NCBI GenBank assembly: GCA_024626585.2
Contig: JANKJI020000002.1
Span: 222,196,599 to 222,217,922 of the forward strand
Source: Ginkgo biloba
Taxonomy: Eukaryota; Plantae; Ginkgophyta
Length of the DNA: 21,324 bases
Direction of reading: 5' to 3'
Position numbers and translations under genes: made by a program. Shown here in pieces: positions 10,752 through 21,324 of this stretch (its first letter is position 1; each line of letters begins with the position of its first letter). The notes beneath the pieces were generated by a model. It made no database searches. It worked only from the letters and a program-made list of their open reading frames with translations, and was not told where the DNA came from.

Positions 10752-11561
10752 AACTATTAAATGTATTGGTGATATCTTATATAAATTATTACATAATAAT
10801 ATTAAATAAGTAATGACTTATTATAAGATATACACCTTTATTAATAATTATAAGGAAGGAGATAATCATACCACCACTACTTGTCAAACCATACCTAGAT
10901 TAACTCCAAAAATATAAAAATAATTCCTCAAGAAAGGAATCTCCATTAGGTGTTACCAACCATAGTCATATTGTATATATAACATAGTATCCAACCATAT
11001 TCATCTCGTATCTATAAAAAATGGTGAAAAGTAGGCTCCTACAAGCCAACAACAGATATCTCCATACTAGTTAATATCTCACAAATAGAAAATAACCAAA
11101 AAATAAACAATTGTATCATATTTAAAGTAAATATTGAATATTATGTAGGAAGTTAAGTTATAGATTAACTCTTTAGTCATCAAAGGATTAATCCAAAAGA
11201 AAATACAAGAGGATGTTTCTAATAGAGTTGATAATCTTATAAACCTTTTCCAATGGTAATTCTTTTATTTCTAAAACTTACATTCCAATTAGATCAATAT
11301 CAAGATTAATATGATTATATTAACTAAACATGATAACATATTAATATATTAATGTCTATATGATAATAACTCTCACATTGACTATAAATGCATATGCTAA
11401 AATTGGTTATTGAAGGAAAGATATTTAAACTAAAAAGAGAATTCTATCTCCCTACACAATCATGCATTTTGGATACTTAAGTCACTGATAAAATTTTATA
11501 AGGATTTGATTATACAATAATAATCATCATACTATTAAAAGATACCAATCCTAAGATCCAC

Positions 11562-12158
11562 TGTACCGAAGGACCGACGAAGCCTGATGACCGCCCTACC
11601 AACCAATGAGATGTTATATTTGTGGTGAAGAAAGGCATTTATCATATGATTGCCCGGCAAAGAAGTCGACCGAAAGACAAGAGCACCATCATGCCTAGCT
11701 GGCCAGACCTGAGTCAGACCCGGACACACCCACCGCCGACAAAGACGGAGCAATCAAGAGAAAAGTTTTGTTATCATCAACCGACAAGCGAAAGACTGAC
11801 TTAAGCTCAGAAGACCGACGCCGGTTAAAAGGCAAATGGCAAGTGAAGTCGATGGACAACTATCAACCATCGACAAGCAAAGCAAAGGAGTGTTGTCGGT
11901 TCAGTTTGCATTCGAAAATCGACGAAGGACAGAGGAAAGGGATCTTTATGATCAAATGCACTTCAGGGGAGAAAACCATCAATGTCATTGTGGATGGTGG
12001 CAGTTGTGAAAACATGGTTTCAGAAGATCTGGTGAAGAAGTTGGGACTGAGAAGGTATAAAGTGAGGACGCCCTACAAGATGTCATGGTTTAAGAAGGGC
12101 AGAGAGATTTCAGTTAGACATCGGTGCATGGTGCCCATTCAACTAAAGGATTACAAAG
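11562..12158 (+). mobile_element. gag-pol: Ty3/Gypsy CRM-like (chromovirus) gag zinc knuckle plus aspartic protease fragment
   Basis: In one frame: MRCYICGEERHLSYDCP (CX2CX4HX4C, from 11606), a TAG at 11696, then QRKGIFMIKCTSGEKTINVIVDGGSCENMVSEDLVKKLGL...PYKMSWFK...V...CMVPI..KDYK. This matches the CRM protease pattern QR.N.F...C......I.DGGSC.N..S..LV.KL.L.....PY...W. It is cut by a gap at 12159. Confidence 0.9.
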
Positions 12159-14029
12159 NNNNNNNNNNNNNNNNNNNNNNNNNNNNNNNNNNNNNNNNNN
12201 NNNNNNNNNNNNNNNNNNNNNNNNNNNNNNNNNNNNNNNNNNNNNNNNNNNNNNNNNNTCGAAATAAGAAACTCTTTGTTTCTCATAATATATTTGAAGT
12301 AATTCACTACATCCTACCTCATAAATAGAGTAGTGGAGTATTTATGAACACCTTCCAGCCATGTCTCGCATGAATTATGATTCCATCTTATGAATTAACT
12401 TCACCTATCACAACTTTTAATTTATGTCATATGCATAGGGAATATATTATTCATTCTAAAACTATTCATGGATGATATTGAAGAAATATTAAATCTTGTG
12501 ATGTCACATAACAGAATGACATAGTATGTTCTAGTACTTTTTGGAGATTTGGTGTGTTTTATTTTTGTCACATATATCCTTTTTTTGTAAATACCTTTAA
12601 AACTTTGGGTATTGAAAATTACCTTGAGTGAAATTGGATGTTGGTTTGCCCTTAATTGTATTTCATTTCTCATTTGGGTCCATTAAGGCACATGATAAAA
12701 TAGTTTTCTTTTCCCTTTCGTACATTTAGTTCATTTAGATCGTTTTGAAGGAGAGCGACATGCTCTACTTTTGTTTCTTCAAAAAAAATTATAAACTCTA
12801 AAATTTTAACCTCATAATGAACTCAATGACTACTTTGTCAACACCAACATATGTCTTTCTTTAGGTTTATAAAACTCATAATGGAAAAGTTCTTTTGGCC
12901 ACTTCAACTTGGGGCTTTTTGGGACTTTTTAACATAGATGCCATATATCTAACTTCATGCACTCAAGAGTATTTGAAACTCAAAAATCCAAAAAAAAAAT
13001 ATTTCTATTATATAACCTATTTAGGACTTTATATATTTGATGGACTCTTCTTCCATTTGATCTCTAGGTTATCCCTAACACTGAAATCCCTAGCAACAAA
13101 ATTTTCTAAGTGTTAATGTGTTCTCACACTTTGTTTCATCCCTTATTATTTAGGTAATTATCAATATTTGAATATAAACTCCAAGGTGGCACTCCCTTCT
13201 TAATCTAGCAAAATTTTTTTAAATGGGGTCCCATTCATGGGTTAACAAGGAGATCTTGTTTGGGGATCAATGCCCCCTCATGGGGTTGTAGATCCTAGAA
13301 TCTATGATTCAAAGATCATAATATTTTGCCAATATGATTATACATTAGTTTGACATTGGTAGACCATATAGTATGGAGTGGAGAATTCTTGGAAGAATAA
13401 GTAATGTAGAAAATTGGGTGGCACCAAAAACTTCTAGAGTTCCCAAGAAATTATAAAGCCAAGGGAAAGGAATAGAAAGGAAAGGCTTGAAGGTGGGCAG
13501 GTTAAGTGAGGAAAAGTTGTTATTTAATTAGAAAAATATTAGTTATTTATATTCTAGATAGCCAAGTTTGGTAAAGATCCTGTGGACATTATAAGAGGTG
13601 TTGGAAATAAATGTATAAGTGTGTGTGGTTTAGATGTAGACTACACACTTCGTTGGCACATAGTATTTTTGTTAATTTCTTTTTGTGATGAAACTGTGTA
13701 TGAACAAGCTGGCCAAGGAAATATTTCTTTGGAATGTGCAAGACATAGTTTGTGCAAATCTAGACATAATGTCAACTGCATTTATAAGGTATTGGAAATG
13801 GAATGAGTAGAATTGGGAATAATTATAAAAGGGGAGAGGATGATAGGTGAAGACTACTCCTTCCTTCTTCACAACTTGCATGAAATCAAGGGTCACTATG
13901 AAAATTTATGAGTGAGTGCCCATCTTGATATGGTCCCTCAAATATTAAGCATGTAACATTCAAGGAGGAAGTTTCACATACTGACAATCGGATTCTATTG
14001 AGGGTTCCCTATAGATCCTCACTTCAGAA

Positions 14030-14250
14030 TGTTCATGTCTTGGCTTGGAATGATGTTGATTGAGGTCTAACTGATGATCTAGAAGAAAATAATTAGAGAA
14101 GGAGGGGTGCAAACTTGCATGACACATACCTCCTTGTATGGCCATGGAACTCAAATAAAAATCTCCATGATCTTAATCTTAATTCATTTTTAGTTTAACC
14201 TTCCAAACTTAGACTGACATAAGTTAGGACATGTGAGATGTGATTGTTAG
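14030..14250 (+). mobile_element. Decayed LINE ORF1 remnant (DUF4283-like region plus zinc knuckle)
   Basis: Frameshifted pieces DDLE/KIIREGG, YLLVWPWN..KNLHDLNL...V (from 14127), LPNL (14200) and *HKLGHVRCDC (14215-14247) resemble the plant L1 ORF1 motifs 'L.L..W.P', 'VW..LP.L' and 'C..LGH....C'. Confidence 0.45.
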
Positions 14251-15023
14251 AAAGTATTGAAGAAGTTCTAAAGGCTAGATGATCTGAGATAGAATGGTCA
14301 CCAAGGATGAAATTTGACCCTCAGATATCCAATCCTCACTCCAATCTATCTTCTCCCAACTTTTTGAATAAGTGGGATGTGACTCTAGCTTCCATTGCCA
14401 TAAATATCAAGGTGAATCTAAAGAGAGGGACAATGACGAGTAAGAGAATGAGGAATGAACAACCTAGTATAGGAAGTTGAAGATACAGAATAGTAAATGG
14501 ACATGTTGATACTGAATTATATGGGAATCAAATAGCCTTAAGAATTATAATTGGTCAAAATAACTGTGTTTGGTTAGTGAGATAGGAGANNNNNNNNNNN
14601 NNNNNNNNNNNNNNNNNNNNNNNNNNNNNNNNNNNNNNNNNNNNNNNNNNNNNNNNNNNNNNNNNNNNNNNNNNNNNNNNNNNNNNNNNNNNNNNNNNNN
14701 NNNNNNNNNNNNNNNNNNNNNNNNNNNNNNNNNNNNNNNNNNNNNNNNNNNNNNNNNNNNNNNNNNNNNNNNNNNNNNNNNNNNNNNNNNNNNNNNNNNN
14801 NNNNNNNNNNNNNNNNNNNNNNNNNNNNNNNNNNNNNNNNNNNNNNNNNNNNNNNNNNNNNNNNNNNNNNNNNNNNNNNNNNNNNNNNNNNNNNNNNNNN
14901 NNNNNNNNNNNNNNNNNNNNNNNNNNNNNNNNNNNNNNNNNNNNNNNNNNNNNNNNNNNNNNNNNNNNNNNNNNNNNNNNNNNNNNNNNNNNNNNNNNNN
15001 NNNNNNNNNNNNNNNNNNNNNNN

Positions 15024-15906
15024 GGTTGTTAAATTAAGTTTCTTATCAAATCTCCTCTTTATTTGGTCTTGGTTTTCCTAAGAGTGAAATGCTATCAATT
15101 CTCTTCTCTATTCTAGCTAAAGTTGATTAAATAATCATCACTCAATGGGGTCTTTACATTCATCATTGTCTTCAACATCTAAGACCAATTGTAGAGATAG
15201 AATCTAAATTTTAATAGGTAGCATAACTTCTTTAACAAATACCAAGGCATATGGTGAAAAACCTAGCTCAAACTTTGGTGTAACCCGATTGACCCACAAA
15301 GAATGATACAAGTTGATATGATAGTCCCTTTGATTCTCCTAGATTGTCCTCTTGAGAAATTTGATTAAATTTGTGTTAGTATATTTAGATAACTAGTCCA
15401 TTACCTTTTGGATAGTAGTTTGAGGATGAACTTATAAATATTCCATCAGACTGATAAAATGAAATCATTTCCTTGGGCACAAAATATTTTTCATTATTAG
15501 AGATGATTCGATCTAGTAACCCAAACTTGGATAGGATGTTTTTTTGAAGAACATCAAATGACTTGACTTCAATCCTCTTTATTTAGAGGGGATACCTCCA
15601 CCCATTTGGTGAAATAATCTATTATGGTTAGGATATATACATGTCCCTTACATGATGCTATATTGATTAGTCCCATAAAATCCCAACCCCATTGTGTGAA
15701 TGGTTATTCTACAAAGATTTGCTAAATTGGTATGGCTATGAGATTTTAGTTTTTCATAAATTAATGGAATGATATACATGATCAGAATAAATTAAATTCA
15801 TATTAGAATAAGGTTGGCTAATAAAATCATGATCTGAGGGCTCTATGCATGGTGGTGTATGAATGACAATTTCCTCCACATTTGTTCAAAACTTGATATG
15901 ATTGAT
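15024..15906 (-). mobile_element. pol: Ty3/Gypsy (Tat/Ogre-like non-chromovirus) integrase pseudogene
   Basis: The minus strand reads CGGNCHSYTTMHRALRS*FY*PTLF, PFTQWGWDFMGLIN..S.KGHVYILTIIDYFTKWVEV.PL, KFGL..RIISNN, SSNYYPKGNGL, LW.NRVTPK..LGFSPY.LV...EVMLP and QIKRRFDKK. It has stops and frameshifts, and the second D and the E of DDE appear mutated to N and K. Confidence 0.93.
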
Positions 15907-16017
15907 NNNNNNNNNNNNNNNNNNNNNNNNNNNNNNNNNNNNNNNNNNNNNNNNNNNNNNNNNNNNNNNNNNNNNNNNNNNNNNNNNNNNNNNNNNNNNN
16001 NNNNNNNNNNNNNNNNN

Positions 16018-16828
16018 ACACACACCATTTTGCAAGTATTAAATAATATTTTAGTATGTGGGGCCTAAGTTGATGTCAATAATGTTTACTTCATCAAGCA
16101 TATTTTGCTCATCATCTTCCCCAATTGGTACTTTATTAAGTCTAATTTGACATCAATAATATTTTGGTAGGATTAATATCCAAGTCTTATTCCTAAATTT
16201 TTTAAGTGTAATTATCCCTTTTACCATTTAACTCTTGTTCGTTCAACATTGTCTTCACTAGAGAAATTAATACATAGTCCATTGTGTGACCCATCAATAT
16301 GTATGGTTTGAATGCCTTAATGGCCTTGACCAAAGAATAATATTACTTGTACATAATTATGTATTTTAAGTTATAATCCTTTAGTAATTTACTTATGAAT
16401 GCAATGGGACATTCATGGCCTCCATTATGCTTTTGAACAAGACAACGAACACAATGTTCTCTAAGGTGTAGAAGTAAATAATGAAAACCTTGTCAAAATT
16501 TGGTGATGTTATTACATAAGTAGTTGTAATTGACTCTTTCATTTTTTAGATGGCATCCTTAATTCAATTTCTATCTTTAATAACTAAGTGATTGGCAGGA
16601 CAATGATGGAAAAATTGAGGATGAATCTCATAAAAAAAAAAAAAATTCCCAAAAAAGCATTGAATAAAATTCTTACTAGAAGGTAGCGTGAATTGACATA
16701 TACACTTAAACCCTTTTGGAACAATGTAATCTCCTTCTTTAAAAATAATATGCCCTAGAAATTTTCCTTTAGTTAGACTAAAAGTGGGTTTCTTTAGATT
16801 CAAGGATATGCCAAACTCTCTACACCTC
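16018..16828 (-). mobile_element. pol: Ty3/Gypsy reverse transcriptase C-terminus plus RNase H pseudogene (upstream of the integrase)
   Basis: The minus strand reads RCREFGISLNLKKPTFSLTKGKFLGHIIFKEG...LPSSKNFIQCFFG...RFI, then SPNFDKVFIIY. This is the canonical 'LNPKKC.F....GKFLGHIVS.EG' motif. The RT-RH-INT order is Gypsy. Confidence 0.9.
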
Positions 16829-17093
16829 TATAATCCAGAGAACATATGTTCTCCCCCCATTTTAGTTGAATCAACTAGCCCAAATTTTAGGAGTTATAGG
16901 TCTATTCCCTATTGTACCTCAAACATGTGTATGTGTGTGTTAGTGTATCGTGTGTGTAAGAAGATTTATGTGAGTTATTATAATTAAGAAAATAAAAAGG
17001 AAAAAACCCCCCTTATTCTATCAATTGCACTTTTGAAACATAATTGAAAGAAAGATGTAAAAGATGTCAAAGAGGATTCCTCCACCCCTCTTT
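16829..17093 (-). mobile_element. LTR copy A (3' LTR end, minus strand) interrupting the RT
   Basis: Starts TATAATCCAGAGAACATATGTTCTCCCCC exactly where RT homology stops. It is homologous to 17260-17519 (shared TATTATAATTAAGAAAATAAA and AAAGAGGATTCCTC.ACCCCTCTTT). Confidence 0.8.
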
Positions 17094-17238
17094 NNNNNNN
17101 NNNNNNNNNNNNNNNNNNNNNNNNNNNNNNNNNNNNNNNNNNNNNNNNNNNNNNNNNNNNNNNNNNNNNNNNNNNNNNNNNNNNNNNNNNNNNATGGGAA
17201 AAAGAGGTGAGGACTAAAGGAAGGAATGTAATTCATAA

Positions 17239-17256
17239 TCCCCATTAGAGTCGCTA
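17239..17256 (-). promoter_or_regulatory. Primer binding site, tRNA-Arg type (Ogre/Tat-like)
   Basis: The minus strand reads TAGCGACTCTAATGGGGA versus the consensus TGGCGACTC(C/T)ACTGGGGA (2 mismatches), 3 nt from the LTR end. Confidence 0.8.
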
Positions 17257-17259
17257 AAA

Positions 17260-17937
17260 TATAATCTAAATAACATATTTTCTCCCCCAAACTCAATCAA
17301 ATCGACTCGCCCAAAAGTTAGGAAGTATAAGGCTATTCCCTTGAGTGCATTGAACATGTGTATATTTGTGTTTGTGTTTTGTGTGTGCGAGAAGAGTTGT
17401 GTGATCTATTATAATTAAGAAAATAAATAGGCATAAACTTCTTCTATCAATGACACTTTTAAAACACAATTTAAAGAAAGATATAAAAAATATAAAAGAG
17501 GATTCCTCTACCCCTCTTTCTTTTCTCTTACCTAAGTAGATAATGCAGTATGCAATGCAATATAGTTCAACTTTGCTTCTTTTCTTAAGAGGAATAATCC
17601 AATGCTTTCCCTATGATGGGGATTCGGGACTAAAACCCCTTTGAAACCTTCAATAAACTATAAGGATCTCCTAAAGGGTGTGAAGGAACCATATTATGTC
17701 AAAGAATCAAGGTGAGGTAAATACAATGACCTATAAAGTGTGTGTAGAGTGAGTGAATTATTTATTTTCTTTTATATGTATAAACGAAAGTAAAAAATTC
17801 CACGAAGGGATATAACCCACCCAATGAATAAACAATAAAGAAATCTAAAGAAGCTATCCTTTACATTACCTAAGGATTCTTGGTGTCATTCTAGTGATGG
17901 AGGGATGTCCAATAGGGTTCAGAGGGGAGTTTCACCC
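17260..17937 (-). mobile_element. LTR copy B (5' LTR, minus strand, adjacent to the PBS)
   Basis: Starts TATAATCTAAATAACATATTTTCTCCCCC (decayed TGTAATC...). The first about 260 bp align with copy A, and the segment continues to a gap, so the right boundary is unknown. Confidence 0.75.
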
Positions 17938-18960
17938 NNNNNNNNNNNNNNNNNNNNNNNNNNNNNNNNNNNNNNNNNNNNNNNNNNNNNNNNNNNNNNN
18001 NNNNNNNNNNNNATACCTTATTTATGAGTAAAATCATATTTGAATCCTAGTAATGAGTTGAGAATCCTACCCCTCAAATGATAAGAACCTTCAAGAAAAT
18101 AAGATTCAAGTAGTAGCTTAGCTTGAAAACTAATGAAATGTAAAAGAAGGCCTAATTCCTTCTTTTCTTTTTGTTTTCTAATTGAAAGGAAATAGGATGA
18201 AAGTTTCTTTTCCATTTTTTTTCAATTCAAGAAAAATCAAAGAATAAANNNNNNNNNNNNNNNNNNNNNNNTTACAAAAGTACTCCACTCGAAGCCTTAT
18301 CGCACAGTCTTCAACACTTCAATCACTCCTAAAAGGTCTCTAATCTTGAACCTTGGTTGAAATCCTATGAGTGCATTAAATGGATGAGGTAAATGGAGGG
18401 ATAATATAGGAATGATAGATGAAATTAGATTTCATACCTATAAGGAAGTGAGAATCCACACATTAGGGCTCAAAAATAACTAAAAAGGGGCTAAAACCAA
18501 TAACAAGGCTTATTGCTAGCATGTGAGGCTTAGATATAAGAAGTAGGACTATAATATGAAGGCAAGTTAAAAATACAAATGGGCAACATAGAAATACAAA
18601 CTTTGATCTCTCCCTTTTGGTACCAATTTGGGTCNNNNNNNNNNNNNNNNNNNNNNNNNNNNNNNNNNNNNNNNNNNNNNNNNNNNNNNNNNNNNNNNNN
18701 NNNNNNNNNNNNNNNNNNNNNNNNNNNNNNNNNNGAAGAGATCCAAGTCTAGTAGAAGAAAAACACTGTAAATATTTTGAACAACTTGTAGAGGGCCTAG
18801 TAAAATAAGAAGACCTGTGTTGACTACCATTTTGGCACATTTTTTATGAGGTCGAGTGGCACTAGGATGTCCTCTTAGGTTCATAATAGAATGCCATAAC
18901 AGATTTACTTAAAAATGTCATAAGGGTGTCTTAGGCATCACAATGTAAAAGGCATCGTTG

Positions 18961-19650
18961 GACTCTATCCCATGCCCCAACCTTTCTCTCTTAAGAAAAT
19001 TTCCTAAGTGTCAAAATTTTACCAGGGGGACTTATCCCCTGCGATGGCACCATGCAGCACCATTATGAGTCCACTCAGGCTCCGGCTCAAGTAAAGAAAA
19101 GAAGGGACGACCCTCTCCCTTATGAGGACCAGGCTCTCAAGATCCTACCACATGGAAGGATATTAAGGACTCACTCCCCATGAGGGAGAGGAGCCTCCCC
19201 TTTCACCTTTCATTTGGGCCCAGGCTATGGGGGCCTTACAATGACGCCATCGAGGAGGATGAGCCCCCCGTAACCTTTTTCTTTACACTTGGGGGGGCCC
19301 TCACCCTTGTGAGGGGTGAGGCCTTAAGATCCTACCATGTGATGGGATCTTAAGAACCTACTCCTTATGAGGTGGAGGGACCTCCCCTTTCAATTGCCAT
19401 TTGGGCCCAGGCTATGGGGGTCCTACATTGACGTCCTATAGTGCCATCGCAGAGGACAAGCCCCCGGTGGACTTTTCATACCTTTTGGAAGATGCCCTTA
19501 CCTCCTACAAGGAGTGAGGCCTCATGATCTTTTCACATTGTAGGATCTTGAGGAATTGGTACTCGTAGAGGTTTGGGGGCCTTTCCACTTCCCTTTTACA
19601 CTTAAGAAAAAATTAGAAAAAAAAATGTGGGGGGCGGGGAAAGATCTCTG
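18961..19650. repeat. GC-rich modular foldback element with three tandem hairpin units (187- and 198-bp periods)
   Basis: AAGATCCTACCA occurs at 19139 and 19326 with a variant at 19524, and CATTTGGGCCCAGGCTATGGGGG occurs twice. Each unit holds an about 80-nt imperfect palindrome. 19021-19120 is an inverted copy of the unit body, and outer arms 19000-19016 and 19594-19609 are inverted. Confidence 0.85.
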
Positions 19651-20559
19651 TGACCCCCTTTGTGCACTGTGACCCTTAAAACCCCCTACAACGTCGATAA
19701 ATACTACGGCCCACTCTTTGATCCCATGAAAATTTTGAAGAGTCCCCCCAAAGGTACTTTTACTTTAGTTGTAATCTGTTACGAACCAAAGAGGGAGACC
19801 CAATGCCATTCAATCACATACAAGTGTGCAAATATTGCGATCAACAAAGACAATGAGAAAAACTAGAAGAGTGAAGAGACATTACTATTATTTCCATACT
19901 ACCAAGTAACCACCTCGTAGCTTGGTATCCATCTTTCCCAAGAACAACCACATAGTAAAAAGGATTCTAGAGGCAGAAATAGGCTCCAAAGTAGGTATCT
20001 CCACACCAAGAATCCTTTAAGAAAATAATGCAATCTAAAACTAACACCTACGAAACCCACATAAAGTGCCAAGATATAATAGTTAACAATAATACCATTA
20101 ACATAAAGATAATGGAATAAACTAATGGAAAGTTAGGCCATCACTATAACCACCATGTATGCATGAAACCACTTCAATACATGAAAGTTTCCCCCCCCAA
20201 AGGAAGAAAAGACCCCAAAGTAGAAACCAACCCCCAATGGGACCTCTAAAAGAGAAATGCAAAGCATAAAAACATTACAAACAAAGAGAATAAGTTCCCT
20301 AAAGGTCACTCTAAGAGGATTTGCAATGTCAGAGACTATGAGAAAGGTCCACATAATGGGCCACTACTAAAAGCACCAAAGACCAACTAGAATCCATTCA
20401 AAATGTATCTATCCCCCAATACAAACAACGTGGAACATAGATCATTTAGAGACACAGTGGGTGCCAATACTCAACACCCACACATAGGGACCTCCAAACA
20501 CAACACGATAAAGTAGGATAAAAATTAATAATTTTCAATACCATTCTATAATCCAAATA

Positions 20560-20770
20560 TGCCAATTTTTCTAAAGATAAGTGATGTATCTCATACCCTT
20601 GCATTCTTCCAACCTACTATAACTATCAACCAGTTTGAAACCATAGGTTAATGGGAGAATGATATTTCTATGAAGGAAAAATAATGACCATTCCACTGCC
20701 ATCAAACTCTAGTAGGGTGTAAACCATAACATAGCATTTTTATTCTATCTCCAGTTCGAAAGGATGTTTT
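20560..20770 (-). mobile_element. Possible decayed integrase C-terminal (GPY/F-like) remnant
   Basis: The minus strand reads FRTGDRIKML...RV*WQWNGHYF and, frameshifted, YGFKLVD...ITYL*K, resembling 'F..GD.V.......W.GPY....Y.L'. Weak match. Confidence 0.3.
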
Positions 20771-20891
20771 TTTTTAGCTACCCAAGTTTAGTAGCATATG
20801 GGAAAGATAATTACCACATCCAATATCTTTTGAAACTCCTTCCATATTATTTCTTCCATCTTGGGACTCATTGGACAAAGGAACCAATGAA

Positions 20892-21165
20892 TGTTGTAGT
20901 TTCCTTAGACTGACACTGACATGAGTCATTCCACTAAAAAATGTTAGAGTTTCCTTAGATTAACATCGATAGGAGATGTTTCACTAAAACATGTTAGGTT
21001 GATCTCAATCAACACTGATAGGAGTGATTTTATTGACACTGACATAAATCTACTTACAAACACCATGAGGAGTCGCCTCAAACTAACATCAACTAGATTT
21101 GTATCTAGCCGACATTGATAGATCTAGGCCAACAGTTAGCTCACTGATATCAATAGAGAATTCAC
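20892..21165 (+). repeat. Degenerate 50-bp tandem repeat, possibly the start of an LTR
   Basis: TGTT(G/A) units at 20892, 20942 and 20992 share AGTTTCCTTAGA and CACTAAAA. A YYRAYAYYRAY core motif recurs, and the array begins TGTTG. Confidence 0.65.
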
Positions 21166-21324
21166 TAATAGAACCTTCATCGATAAGAATTATCCAATAA
21201 TGTTTGTGCAATGTAATCTCTAAAATAGTTTTCTTAACCATCTGCACCATGTATATATAGAAGAGATCTAATAGGATACTTAGTGGGTGATACTAAATGA
21301 TGATGAGGTGATAATTTACAATGT

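Noticed and set aside
13582-13896. Overlapping 74-aa ORFs on both strands
   Set aside because: They have non-ATG or weak starts and no motifs, and their length is within chance expectation in decayed repeat DNA.
2236-18884. Most ORF-track entries (e.g. 14570..15037, 3782..4222, 18463..18840, 2961..3323)
   Set aside because: They are open only because they run through N gaps or low-complexity sequence and show no recognisable domains.
19110-19580. Tandem hairpin units as hammerhead ribozymes (retrozyme) or a CRISPR-like array
   Set aside because: There is no CTGATGA...GAAA core (only CTTATGAG). The inter-hairpin segments are themselves repeated rather than unique spacers, and there are no cas genes.

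Overview
This is an AT-rich, CpG-depleted, heavily gapped window of eukaryotic repetitive DNA, with 17 N-runs of which 10 are exactly 100 nt. The element types point to a large plant genome, and a gymnosperm is my inference rather than something shown. I found no intact host gene, RNA gene or CRISPR array. The window is a set of nested, decayed transposons: a Copia-like LTR end with a tRNA-Met PBS (1-601); a decayed, internally duplicated Gypsy gag-like frame (5.6-7.0 kb); L1-type LINE ORF2 remnants with two zf-RVT copies (7.55-9.1 kb); a much better preserved CRM-like gag zinc knuckle/protease fragment (11.56-12.16 kb); a LINE ORF1 remnant (about 14.1 kb); and a minus-strand Tat/Ogre-like RT-RNaseH-integrase (15.0-16.8 kb) interrupted by an LTR pair with a tRNA-Arg PBS (16.8-17.9 kb). 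The most unusual structure is a GC-rich, about 690 bp modular foldback and tandem-hairpin element at 18.96-19.65 kb. The repeats also show a marked CpA-to-TpA decay bias. I see no convincing evidence of a novel protein-coding system.
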